Below are positions 48,605-59,224 of a DNA stretch of 64,000 nt, in pieces. This DNA comes from Mayamaea pseudoterrestris (lineage: Eukaryota), in NCBI GenBank assembly GCA_027923505.1, contig BROI01000018.1, forward strand, positions 372,001 to 436,000, given 5' to 3'. The position numbers and the translations under genes are program-made. The stretch's first letter is position 1; each line of letters begins with the position of its first letter. Under the pieces are notes generated by a model. The model was not told the DNA's origin. It was given only the letters and a program-made list of their open reading frames with translations, and ran no database searches.

Positions 48605-49633
48605 ATGTATCTCTACTGCTCGCTACTACTAATACCAGCTGTGATTCTTGGAGACTCTTTCGTCACGGCATGGCTATCATCGACCAAGCCGAGACTCGTC
48701 TCGGGTCGGTTCAACGCCATCAATGATCTTGACAAGGACGCTAACTGTCACGTTGATGGACAAGTATATGAGATCACGGGTCGTCGCCAATTCTTTGATC
48801 GTTCATTGAGACAGCTATCTATTGGTATACTTGGTACTGCAAGCCTTCAAACTGCAGCAGCTTCTGCAGCAGATTCTCCTGCAGCAACACTATCAGTTGT
48901 GTCACGCGATCGCATCGCCTCCTTGCTGCACGTTGTTCCGACCTTTACCATTGTGGATCCCAATGGCGTCCCATACATGGTGGTCGGAGAGGATGCCAAG
49001 GTGACTGGATACTTTTTCACAGAGTACGAGGAAGCGAATCGCATACTAAAACTTGCCAGAGCAAGCACCGACAAGGCCATTCGTGAGCAGCGCAAGGAGC
49101 AAGCTAAAAACAAACGAAAGGCAAAAGACGAAACTGCAGCTGCAGCAACGATAGACGAGGAGTTGATCATCAATCCATGGAAGGACGCTCGCATATCGAC
49201 CGTTCCACTGGATTTTGCAGTCACACTAGTCACACGATCAACAAGTGGCAGCGCCAGCAACAACTACTTTCAAGTGTCTCCGTCAACGACCGACATTGAC
49301 GACGCTTTGGCTGCCACGAACAAGACGGATCTCGCCGAAGGCAAGGTGCCGCTATTTTACTACGAAGATTTTACAGTAGCGAATGGCAGTGAAACGCCCC
49401 TCTACTTTCGCAAATCCGAACTACAAGCCTCTTTCAGGCGCGAGCATGCTTCAAGGCAGCTTCCGCCACTGTTGGTGACGGAACTCTTTTCCGTCCTGGC
49501 CAAGCTCGTTACGAGTGACGACGCCGAACTCAAGACGCTCGTCTTTGTGCCGCCCCAGGAGAGCTTGAAAAAGGCGGCGCAGTGTCAATCGGACGTGCCT
49601 TTCGTCTTGGGACAGCGCATTATTGTGTTATAG
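48605..49633 (+). CDS. Tic22-like plastid protein (start may instead be ATG 48548)
   Basis: The pattern VPTFTIVDPNGVPYMV...GYFFTEYEEA...ISTVPLD...GKVPLFY...TPLYFRKSEL fits the Tic22 family. Hydrophobic signal-like N-terminus. Confidence 0.75.
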   Translation: MYLYCSLLLIPAVILGDSFVTAWLSSTKPRLVSGRFNAINDLDKDANCHVDGQVYEITGRRQFFDRSLRQLSIGILGTASLQTAAASAADSPAATLSVVSRDRIASLLHVVPTFTIVDPNGVPYMVVGEDAKVTGYFFTEYEEANRILKLARASTDKAIREQRKEQAKNKRKAKDETAAAATIDEELIINPWKDARISTVPLDFAVTLVTRSTSGSASNNYFQVSPSTTDIDDALAATNKTDLAEGKVPLFYYEDFTVANGSETPLYFRKSELQASFRREHASRQLPPLLVTELFSVLAKLVTSDDAELKTLVFVPPQESLKKAAQCQSDVPFVLGQRIIVL

Positions 49634-49788
49634 AGGCTACTAAGTTAGATTGTAAAACTATATATTGAACCCTCGAGAGTCTCCACCGTAGACTGTACGC
49701 TAGTATTGCAGTGACAGCTTGCCGCTGTCGCAGTTTGCCAAGCATATACTGACGCGACATTGTCACATACCGAGCTGCAACTGCGCAA

Positions 49789-50373
49789 CTATTCATTTTC
49801 ACCAAACCATTCGTACGAGCCCCCCCGATAGTTGACAAGCTTGGTGTATCCCGCCTCGGATGCTGCCAGACAGGCGCTCATGCTTCGAATGCCACGGGCG
49901 CAGGTGAAAACCAACGTTTCATCGAGCGACGGTTTAGTGAACTTGGCCATGTCTTCAAAATCGTCTTGGTCAACTTCAAAAATCTTGTCATATAATATCC
50001 ACTCGACGGGAAGTGTTGGAATGCTGGGAGAAAGCTTGCCGGTTTGGTAAACCTCCATGCGACTGCGAACGTCAATGACGCAGTAGCCGGATGCTTGACG
50101 GCCCTTTTCTTCAAAGTCGTTTAAAATGGCTTCCATTTGGGTCTTGTCAATGCTTTCAATGTTTTGCGACGATGACGATGACGAGTAGGCTCGTAGTTGC
50201 GAAGGTGACGATTGCATCGTTCTTCTTGTATTAATAGCAGTCGGCCTGTACAATGTTAATTGTTCCGTCAATGGCGTTGATGATAAAGTCCGACGAAACT
50301 GCGATATGAATGCTGCTGCGAATGGTCGGCTCAACATGGCAATCGTTGCGAAAGCAAGCCGAGATGGTTTCAT
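49789..50373 (-). CDS. Single-domain rhodanese/sulfurtransferase, copy 1, with presequence
   Basis: Motifs VIDVR, VFTCARGIRS and LVNYRGGSYEW. N-terminus ...FAAAF. Confidence 0.85.
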   Translation of the reverse strand: MKPSRLAFATIAMLSRPFAAAFISQFRRTLSSTPLTEQLTLYRPTAINTRRTMQSSPSQLRAYSSSSSSQNIESIDKTQMEAILNDFEEKGRQASGYCVIDVRSRMEVYQTGKLSPSIPTLPVEWILYDKIFEVDQDDFEDMAKFTKPSLDETLVFTCARGIRSMSACLAASEAGYTKLVNYRGGSYEWFGENE

Positions 50374-50864
50374 GAGTAGACTATAGTTCCTGTCGATACC
50401 TGGGTCAGCAAGCGAATCGATGGTTGATCGTCGTCATGGTGTCGGAATGAATCTTTCAGTACCGGTACGACTTCATATTCACTCTCGCCCTCGATTCTTC
50501 CTTGCAGGTTCAGCTGATAGCTGGCTATCGAAATAGGCTGAGCAATGTTCTTTATTTCAGAAGACTCTACTAGAAGTAATTAATGGAATGGGCTGCCAAG
50601 TGTTGCATTCTATTGTGAACAAAGTTACTGCCGAACTTGACGTCGAGAGAACCCATAATTGTTGTAATTTTCAATACATACACAGAGTACTTTTAACATT
50701 AACTCCACCAATCGTCCAATATTGATTATAGCCAATCGCGCTGTTGCAGATAGAGTCAAGTTTGCTGCGGTTGTATGGCCATTGGAAGCTTCACTCGATC
50801 CTCGTCAATTCTTGTAGCGTCCTGGCTAGTCACACGCATATTACTCGCAAACCGTTTCTCACAA

Positions 50865-51413
50865 TCACGACTTGTTGAACCAGTCATTGGCACCACCACT
50901 GTAGTTAAGAATGTTGCTGTATCCAGCCTCCGCGGCGGCCAAGCTAGCCATGGCGCTGCGTTTTCCGGCGGCGCACGAAAAGACGAGCATTTCATCCAAG
51001 CTGGGCTTTGTAAACTGAGCCACTGCTTCAAATTCCTCCTCGCTCTTGCTGAATATGTTGCCATTGACAATGAGCGACAGGGGAAGATTGTTGACACTGG
51101 GACCAAGCGGACCAGTCGCGGAAACTTCATCAGGATTGCGCACATCCATGACGCAGTAGCCGGATCCTTCACGTCCACTAGCCTGCAAACTCTCGAGTAT
51201 ATCTTGAAGGTCGCCCTTATCAATCGTTGGAATATCTGATGCAGACAGTCCCGAATATAGTCTTGTCGTCATTGCGCATGTTTGTTGTGTCATCAATGAC
51301 GACGGATGCTGATGGCGAATGGCTCGAGGTGCACCTGCAAAGGCGGCGACGGCGTGACTTTTGGTAGCTGCGGCAATGACTGCTAATGCAAATCTTCTTG
51401 TTGAGGCTTTCAT
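50865..51413 (-). CDS. Single-domain rhodanese/sulfurtransferase, copy 2, with presequence
   Basis: Motifs VMDVR, VFSCAAGKRS and ILNYSGGANDW. N-terminus ...AVAAF. Clear paralog of copy 1. Confidence 0.85.
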   Translation of the reverse strand: MKASTRRFALAVIAAATKSHAVAAFAGAPRAIRHQHPSSLMTQQTCAMTTRLYSGLSASDIPTIDKGDLQDILESLQASGREGSGYCVMDVRNPDEVSATGPLGPSVNNLPLSLIVNGNIFSKSEEEFEAVAQFTKPSLDEMLVFSCAAGKRSAMASLAAAEAGYSNILNYSGGANDWFNKS

Positions 51414-51685
51414 CAATTGTAGAATGCTTGTAGATTAAGAGAAGAACTTATGCGCTGACAGCCTTGCACATTGATTGTGGCTTGTGGAGCGGACGATGGA
51501 TGTCGTCGCGAAGATTCATTCGTGTCTTACGCACGTGAGCGAGTCCCGCCGCCGCGACGATTTCGCATCGTCCGTTTTCTCGTCTCAACACGGCTCATTC
51601 CTTCTTTCGTTCCATTGTACACGGCAACACTTCTCTTGATACTACAGTGCTTATAGCAAGCATACTGGAGCATACGTGAGCAACC

Positions 51686-52612
51686 ATGGAATCTTCTTCC
51701 TCTTCAACCTCCTCGTCCAAAACTATCGACTTTGCCGCGCTCATTCCACCAGGCCGACTCGACGTTATGATTCGCTCATGGCTCCATGACGACTTGCCGA
51801 GCTTTGACGTTGGCGGCCTCGTGGTTGGAACGGTCACTCGAACGGCAATATTGTGGATGAAGTCACCTGGTATTGTGGCTGGACAACCATTTGTGAATGC
51901 CGTGTTTGGCAATCTAGATTGCCAGATTGATTGGCATGTTGCGGAAGGCTTTCAACTCGTCAATGACAGCAAGACCCAGGTGGCAACAGTCACTGGTCGA
52001 GTCCACCGGCTACTGCAAGGTGAAAGAACTGCGCTCAACATTTTATCACGATGCAGTGGCGTTGCCACAGCCGCAAATCATGCCGTCCATGTTGCTCATT
52101 CCATTTTGCCGTCTTGGAAGGGCCAAATTGCTGGCACGCGCAAAACAACACCAGGATCCTTTGGTTTGGTGGAAAAGTATGGTTTGCTGGTGGGTGGAGC
52201 TGCAACGCATCGAATGGACCTTAGTCAAATGTGCATGCTCAAGGATAATCACATTTGGAGCTGCAGTGGAAGCATCAGCGGAGCTGTTGCTGAAGCCAAG
52301 CGAGCAAGCGGCTTTTCACAAAAGGTTGAAGTGGAATGTCAGTCACTTGATGAGGCAAGAGAAGCGGCACAGGCGGGAGCAGACATTGTCATGTTGGATA
52401 ACTTTGAGCCTGCTCTGTTGAAGGAGGATGCAGCGAGGCTCAAGCAAGAGTTTCCACACTTGCTGATAGAAGCAAGTGGAGGCATCACAACGGAAACCAT
52501 GAAGGACTACATATGCGAGCATGTTGACATTATTTCACGGGGTAAGCTGACACAAGGCTATGCTTGCATAGACTTTAGCTTGAAGATCCAAATGGAGGAT
52601 CAAACTAAATAG
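51686..52612 (+). CDS. nadC: Quinolinate phosphoribosyltransferase (nicotinate-nucleotide pyrophosphorylase)
   Basis: Motifs GERTALNIL, AGTRKTTPG, HRMDLS..MLKDNH, EVEC, ADIVMLDN, IEASGGIT and DFSLK. Confidence 0.95.
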   Translation: MESSSSSTSSSKTIDFAALIPPGRLDVMIRSWLHDDLPSFDVGGLVVGTVTRTAILWMKSPGIVAGQPFVNAVFGNLDCQIDWHVAEGFQLVNDSKTQVATVTGRVHRLLQGERTALNILSRCSGVATAANHAVHVAHSILPSWKGQIAGTRKTTPGSFGLVEKYGLLVGGAATHRMDLSQMCMLKDNHIWSCSGSISGAVAEAKRASGFSQKVEVECQSLDEAREAAQAGADIVMLDNFEPALLKEDAARLKQEFPHLLIEASGGITTETMKDYICEHVDIISRGKLTQGYACIDFSLKIQMEDQTK

Positions 52613-52676
52613 CATTGAGCCTACAATGTCATAATATCGCATGTGTACAATTTCAGCCCACAACATTAGCATTAAA

Positions 52677-53026
52677 TCAATCTAATTGTCCTACATGCTT
52701 GGCCGCGCACTCCTGCAGTTTGGACTGAAGCGCAAGGCAAGACGTTCGCCGACTTGCCGTCGCCGATTCCCTCGACAAGCAATCCGCATAGGATTGGCGA
52801 AGCTCATTGCAAGGTGACTCTTGAATCTTCACAACGGATGCGTTGAAGCAACTCATGAGCTGCATATGGGAGAGAAATGGTCGTGGAAGTGTTAGTGATG
52901 GCACACGCCACGTTTTTAATCAATATTTATTTCTGTTTACTTGTCGCTGTACCGTACCTTGTCAGCCTGATCGGCAGTTGCTTCCGGTCTTTTTTGATTT
53001 GCCTTGGATGCAATGAATTTGTACAT
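52677..53026 (-). CDS. Small twin-CX9C (CHCH-like) protein; 2 exons (53026-52958, 52859-52677)
   Basis: The spliced product MYKFIASKANQKRPEATADQADK|LMSCF...CNELRQSYADC...CLALQSKLQEC has two exact C-x9-C motifs. GT-AG intron at 52957-52860. Confidence 0.65.
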
Positions 53027-53500
53027 TATATCACCACAAGTGATCCCGTACACCTAGATTGCACGATAGACAAAGTGGTTGATGAGACATGATGATCGAG
53101 TATTATGATGATGAAGACGAAACATTAATGGGCATGCCGGCGGTGCGGTAACGTAGGTCGCAGTGGTGGCAAACTTACCGATGAGTAACTCTCCAGCGCG
53201 TTTGACGGCATGGGATCCATTTTGCAGTTACTTTATTTTTAAAACAATAAGCGAATCGAAAAAAAAAATCAAGAGCAAGAGGCCGGTCTAGACGATATGC
53301 GTCATGTTGCAACATGTCGCTTGCCTTTGTGGTGTCCGCAAAGTGTCGGTCCGGCACCCAATTTGGTAGGCTAAACGAGTCGTTTCGGTTCTTCTCGCGT
53401 AGGCCTTCGAAACCACCATGACACACACAAATCCGGGGCTGCTCTCTTGTCGAATGCACACAACTCCAATCTCCTTACAGTAGTAATCAAAATTGCTTGT

Positions 53501-54036
53501 ATGATGTCGAGCATTCTTCTTTCGATTTTTACCCGCTTCACGCAACGTGCAGGCTCTGTAAGTTGCAATGGGAAAAATAGATGAGGTTTTCCGGAAGCAC
53601 ACAACTCAACTAATCACGTATTACATCACTTGCTCCTTCGCAGACACCAGTCGCTCCAACATCATGGGCAGTCGCTTGCTTGTGGAACAAATTCTTTGCA
53701 TTGCAGGACGAGGAGCAGGAGCAGCATTTGGCAACGATTGCGCAGGCACTGGAGGAGGCGCAAGCGGAAACCTCGCCCATTGGTACGGATGCTGCCGTCC
53801 AGGAGCGCAAGATGATGATGCGCGAGTTCTACTTGCCACTCATGGCAATGCGACGAGGTAACAAAGGAGGGGCAAGCATTAGCAATCCGCCAGTGGAGAC
53901 TACCATATCGACGGCGAGTCCTCTACTGGATCTTATTGCGAATCGGCAGGCGGAGCAGCTCGAACGAGTTGTCAGCAATCAAATTAACCTCAACGTTCCG
54001 CGAGAAGATGGAGACTACATGTATTATGCTCAATGA
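53501..54036 (+). CDS. Hypothetical protein; 2 exons (53501-53557, 53644-54036)
   Basis: A GTAAGT...CAG intron joins MMSSILLSIFTRFTQRAGS in frame to TPVAPTSWAVACLWNKFF... No family recognised. Confidence 0.5.
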
Positions 54037-54137
54037 AGTGACAGCGTTTTATAGAACATAAATACATTTTTAAAATTCAACAGCGAACACTTGCGTGCAT
54101 TAGCTTTTGCAACCACTTTTACCTCGTCCTTATGTAG

Positions 54138-55209
54138 TTACAGCGGCGTCAAACACTTATCTCGACAAAAGACAAGGCCTCCTGATCCAAGTCGATCAAT
54201 AACTAGAACGTCGCCACTTCCATCCCAAAGCGGATAGCTCTCCTTTGGCAGTTTTACCACCCACGGATCAACTCGCAACTTTTCCGCCACGCCGGGGTTT
54301 TGAATTGTGCTTCCAAACTTTTCCCAGCCTATTCGCATGGACGATCGACTCCAGTCAATGCGATCCGCAGATAGCTTGCCATGCCAGCAAACTTCTAGTG
54401 GAATGACTAGCAAAAAAGTTGACTTTTCCTTCATGGTGCAATCTTCGTCGTCAATCACCAGCTTGCCGCTTTCAAGAAGACGAAGGAGCAATACTTCAAT
54501 GCCCTTGCGACGAATCATCATGCCAAGCATTTCTTCAAAGTCTGCATGTGTAACATGATAGAGTGGATAGACTCAGTTAGTGAACCGAAACGACTCACAG
54601 CATTCGCTTCGCTGTCAATGTTATAATTGCATCATTTTGCAAACGCATCCACATAGACGCGGCTCACAACAAATTGATCACAACCTTTTACTCACTAACA
54701 TAATCTCGAAAGCAAAAGGTATAGGCTCCGTTAATGACGCTCGATGCATTGACCAGAGTAGGTTCCAGCGTTCTTGCTTGCTGAATGCCCTGCATGTAGC
54801 TATATCGCGTATCAAAATCTTCATAGACTGTGGCGAGGCGACTATGTTTCTGAACCAGCTGACGAAGTGATGGAATGGCTCGTGGCTTGATGCCAAAGAG
54901 AGAATACGATGTTTGGTTGCGTGACAGTTTGCAAAAGAGCGAGTCTCCGCACTTGTAAATGGTTCCGTCGTGACTGCTGTCATTCTCATCGTCGTCTCCA
55001 GCGAGTAATTGAATTTGTTGTTCCTTTGGAAGCTCTGGAATCGTTGGTAGAGTAGATAGCTTCGGAATCACTTTCGTTGGATCACCGTAAGGCTGCCGCG
55101 TTTCGGCAAGCAACTGCATGGCGAGAAAGTCGCCCTTGTTCAAGTAATGTCGCTGTACCAGGGAGTAGCCGACCCATGTAGCAACAGCAGCTATTCCAAC
55201 AGCCACCAT
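54138..55209 (-). CDS. Hypothetical protein with N-terminal membrane anchor; probably 2 exons (intron ~54695-54542)
   Basis: ORFs 54688-55218 and 54138-54530 join through a GTGAGT donor and a CAG acceptor (CTAAC branch point upstream) to give FRDYVN|FEEMLG. No family recognised. Confidence 0.55.
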
Positions 55210-55542
55210 GACTAGCAAAAACTATTAGATATAGGCGTAGAGTCTATAGCAGGTGTGTAGTCGACTGCAGTAGCGTGTCAACCCATATCATTTCCGAAAG
55301 AAAATGGATCCATCCACGCCATGGTATTGGCGAACGTCGACGTTTCAGTGAGTCTCAGTGCGACTAGTCAGCTGGACTGGCGCGTGAATTGGCGTATCAG
55401 AACGCTTTCAGCAGGCGCGCTGGAAGGTTGCTCATTCTTCTGCGACATTCTTTCACGCTCGACTCATCGCCATCGGTTCTTCGGCAAACAAAGCTTCATT
55501 CTAGTGGCTCCTTAACTTGATTCATTGGCAGCTTTCTCAAGC

Positions 55543-58500
55543 ATGCCTTTACAACATCCCTTGACGACGACGACAGCGACGCGGCGCAAGTCGCACGTAC
55601 GGAGCGACTCGTGGCGCAATGCCTTTTACCATGACGATGCAGCAGCCTTGTCCTCGCAACAACCAATTCTTACTACTCCGCATCGGAACAATAGCATTCT
55701 TCGCCATCAACGAGATCATAACGACTCGCTACATTCCATGGCCGATATAGCCGATATCGCTGTGAATTTGGAAGGCGGCAGTGTCAATCTATGCGAACTC
55801 GGGGCAGCCGTGCGGTTGCCGTCTTCCACATCCAAAATGCCGTCCGAAATTGCTCGCCGAAGAAAGCGCAAGTCGACGGCGAAAAAGACACGCAGCCGCC
55901 CTCACAATACACCTCCGCGGGGTCCAGTCTCGCCGCATCGACGACGAGCAGCGGAAAACGTCTTTGATGAACAACCAAATACGCCGGGTGGTTCCGTCGG
56001 AACGGATTACTTTAGTCATGAACGCATCATTGCTCCGCTCACCTTGACGGCTGCTGCGACTACTGCAAGCAACAACGATGACTATGAGGACTACAGCAAT
56101 GCAATGAGCAGCAGCAGTCTGAACTATGGAAGTCTCAATGAGCGGCAGCCAATGATGAATGCAGCAAGTACAGCATTTTCCAATGTCACCAATCCGCCTG
56201 CACTCTTGTCGCACACGCAGGCGCAGGACATTACAACCTTTAGCGCCATGGCCAATCAGCATCGAAGCACGCTCGCTCCGGCGGCGGCCGCAACACGAAC
56301 TGTGCAAACAGTGGTGAACAAGATGGAAAGGCATGCATCAAAGAATCAGAAAACGAATGGCAGTGATCCGCTTTCAGCGGTTCGGCCGTCGAGACAGAAA
56401 ACAAGTAAAAGGTCGCCGCAGCAGGATCTTTACGAGTCGTCCTATTCCTCCGCAACAATCAACAAAACTAACAGTAACGAAGAGGACGCTAGATCCATTT
56501 TTGACGCTCACCGCTGGCAGAATCGATTCGCCGATTGGCTTGTGCGCGACGCGCACTTGGACCAATCCGACGGAACCTTGTACTTTGACTACTGGTCCAA
56601 TTGGTCCATGGCTGGCTGGGTGCGCCACTACTTGCACAATCCGCTACAGCCGGAATTTAGCTCGCTGCAGCAGTTCAACTGGGCCGTAATAATTGGAATA
56701 GTCATGGGACTGTACACGGCTGGATGGAAATACTTGATCAATCAGTCCGTCCACTTTGTTTGGGTCAAGGTGCCGCTGTTTTTGCTGCGGAACCAAGTTT
56801 TCTCGGGCATGGCTGGGACATTTCCATTATATCACTACATGTGGATTGCGCCAGCGTGCTTTGCATCCGTTTTAAGCTATCTTGTTCATGTTTATAAAAT
56901 GCCTGATCAAAATTCGTGGATTACAGATGTCCATCGACGAGGCGTTCAGGACCACACGTCATTTGTCGCGCTCTTTTTAATCTCAACGGCAAGCATGGCC
57001 AGCGGTTTAAGTCTGGGACCGGAACTGCCGCTCGTTTTGACGGCCAGCATGTTTGGTTCATGGATCGCCACCGTCTGCAAGCAAAGCATTCTGCAGGCGC
57101 GCGTCATGAGTTTGACGGCTGCCGGAGCGGCGGTTGGAGGCTTTTTTGGCTTTCCAATGGCGGGCGCCTTGTTTGTGCTGGAGCTTCCGCACCGCATGGG
57201 ACTGCAATACTTTGAGGCACTTTCTCCGGCGACAATTGCTTCCATCGTCGCTGTTCTTTGCAATGGTTTTGTCACTGGAACGGAAGTGACGGGTTTGTAC
57301 AAGTATCCATTTCTTAGTCCGACTTTGCCGAGCAAAATCTTTGGGAATGCCATTATCTATGGTTTCTACGGAGCTCTCGTGGGGACGATTTACGTTGTCA
57401 TGGTGAAGCGTTGCAAAAAGTTTGTTCATAATATATTTCGGCCACGTGACGACGGCGAGCAATCGCACCATTACACGAGTAATGAGTCACGCAGTGTGGG
57501 ATGGGACGGCGAATTTGAACCGCTTGTCAACGGCAAAACACTGTCGCCGACTACATCGACGTTGCATGGAGCGTCTTGGTGGACAAAATGTGCCAACTAT
57601 TGTACCATTCGGCATGGAGGCCTACGTGCCATTGTGACTGGCGCTTGTGCTGGTGCATTGGTTGGATGGATCGGAGTCTTCCTACCGCACGTCATGTTTT
57701 GGGGTGAGGCCCAGCTTCAATCGTTAATTGACAAAGGTCGGACACCGCTTCCAATTTTTGGATCAATGAATGAACCCACGGGTGGACTTACCGCGCGAGG
57801 ATTTTGTATGATTGATTCAAGTGACAGTGAGGCCATTCACGTAGGCCTTGACCTTGGCTGTAACTTTATGATTAGCGCTGCTAAGATAATAGTTACTGGT
57901 CTCAGTCAAGGAGCAGGCGTCGGAGGACAATTTTGGTCCCCACTTTTTCTTGGATGTTCGGCTGGCCACTTTCTAGTTCACCTGGTCAATTATTTGGCTG
58001 AACATTACGGCTTTCCCCAAATCGCAGCCCATCCATGTGTGGTAATCTTATGCTCAATGGGAGCGGTCCATGTCGTAACATTTCGGGCTCACTTGGCAAT
58101 TATGCTCATTCTGACGCTCACAATATCTACCTTCGACTCTGGGACAAATCCTGACCTTTCTGCGGCTGGCGATTATGCGGCTGTGTTTCCGCTGCTTGTC
58201 GTATCAGTTTTTGTGTCATTGATGACTACTCGAGGAACGATATTTTATGCAACACAACGAAGTCGGGGAGACATTCTGGCAGTGCCAGAAGTGTTGTGCG
58301 AACCAGGAATGGAGGGCAAGCCACTTGTGTTCGAGTACCATGGAGATAATGATGAGTCAAGTTTCCTTTCAACCTCTGAAGACAGCAAATCGGATCACCC
58401 TTACGGTAACGGGACGTTTAGTTCGTTGGGAGGCGGATTCAAGCAAGCAAGTGTCACGAAAGCGCAAATTGGCGAACACCACCACGTGCCTTCCTCAGAT

Positions 58501-59109
58501 CATTTCATGGACGAGGCGGAACCACCGGGCGCCAGGTTTACCATTGACCGTCTCGATGAACTTTTATCCAAGCCCATGGAATCAGTGACTGTTATCGCAG
58601 AGCCCGGTGCAATCAACGATCGTGAGATTGTGGGAGTATCGGATGCACAGTCACGGCTTCTGACTGTTCAGATGACAATGGACTCCCCTCGGGGTGGGCG
58701 TTCTCGCTGTAACAGCGCAAGTAGTGCTAGGGGTGTGCATGTGCGCATTACGAGTTACGGCGAATTGCAAGATCATCAACCTTCTTTGATGGAGCAAGCA
58801 CGCAAACGAGCAGCAACAGTTGACAGGGTTCACCGCCGTGCTGATAGTCAGAATTCGTCAATTCATGGCGAAGGGCACCGTCGGAACTGCAGCAATCTTA
58901 GTCAAGGATCGATTCGGCACATACGCAAGAATTCAGAATCAAGTTTCACTAGCCGCCCTGGATCGCCGTTGCCATTGCATCGACGCGGACGAAATGACCA
59001 TTACGACGCTGCTGATATTCTTTTGCGTGGTGACATCCCCGCTCCAGTCACTGCGAGTGCCTTGGCCCTGCAGGACATTGACGATGTGTTTCATTCGCAA
59101 ATACGATAA
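55543..59109 (+). CDS. CLC-family chloride channel/transporter with long disordered termini
   Basis: Motifs GLSLGPELP (GxE-P gating segment), AAGAAVGGFFGFPMAGALFVLE and GVGGQFWSPLFLG, plus many TM segments. No CBS domains seen. Confidence 0.85.
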   Translation: MPLQHPLTTTTATRRKSHVRSDSWRNAFYHDDAAALSSQQPILTTPHRNNSILRHQRDHNDSLHSMADIADIAVNLEGGSVNLCELGAAVRLPSSTSKMPSEIARRRKRKSTAKKTRSRPHNTPPRGPVSPHRRRAAENVFDEQPNTPGGSVGTDYFSHERIIAPLTLTAAATTASNNDDYEDYSNAMSSSSLNYGSLNERQPMMNAASTAFSNVTNPPALLSHTQAQDITTFSAMANQHRSTLAPAAAATRTVQTVVNKMERHASKNQKTNGSDPLSAVRPSRQKTSKRSPQQDLYESSYSSATINKTNSNEEDARSIFDAHRWQNRFADWLVRDAHLDQSDGTLYFDYWSNWSMAGWVRHYLHNPLQPEFSSLQQFNWAVIIGIVMGLYTAGWKYLINQSVHFVWVKVPLFLLRNQVFSGMAGTFPLYHYMWIAPACFASVLSYLVHVYKMPDQNSWITDVHRRGVQDHTSFVALFLISTASMASGLSLGPELPLVLTASMFGSWIATVCKQSILQARVMSLTAAGAAVGGFFGFPMAGALFVLELPHRMGLQYFEALSPATIASIVAVLCNGFVTGTEVTGLYKYPFLSPTLPSKIFGNAIIYGFYGALVGTIYVVMVKRCKKFVHNIFRPRDDGEQSHHYTSNESRSVGWDGEFEPLVNGKTLSPTTSTLHGASWWTKCANYCTIRHGGLRAIVTGACAGALVGWIGVFLPHVMFWGEAQLQSLIDKGRTPLPIFGSMNEPTGGLTARGFCMIDSSDSEAIHVGLDLGCNFMISAAKIIVTGLSQGAGVGGQFWSPLFLGCSAGHFLVHLVNYLAEHYGFPQIAAHPCVVILCSMGAVHVVTFRAHLAIMLILTLTISTFDSGTNPDLSAAGDYAAVFPLLVVSVFVSLMTTRGTIFYATQRSRGDILAVPEVLCEPGMEGKPLVFEYHGDNDESSFLSTSEDSKSDHPYGNGTFSSLGGGFKQASVTKAQIGEHHHVPSSDHFMDEAEPPGARFTIDRLDELLSKPMESVTVIAEPGAINDREIVGVSDAQSRLLTVQMTMDSPRGGRSRCNSASSARGVHVRITSYGELQDHQPSLMEQARKRAATVDRVHRRADSQNSSIHGEGHRRNCSNLSQGSIRHIRKNSESSFTSRPGSPLPLHRRGRNDHYDAADILLRGDIPAPVTASALALQDIDDVFHSQIR

Positions 59110-59176
59110 ACTGATGTAATGGCCCTGCAGGACATTGACGATGTGTTTCATTCGCAAATACGATAAACTGATGTAA
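59063..59176 (+). repeat. Perfect 57-bp tandem duplication spanning the CLC stop codon
   Basis: tggccctgcaggacattgacgatgtgtttcattcgcaaatacgataaactgatgtaa occurs at 59063-59119 and 59120-59176. Confidence 0.95.
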
Positions 59177-59224
59177 TGTTGCGATGAACTATGTTTGTAG
59201 ACCATTAAGACCAATTAATTAATT

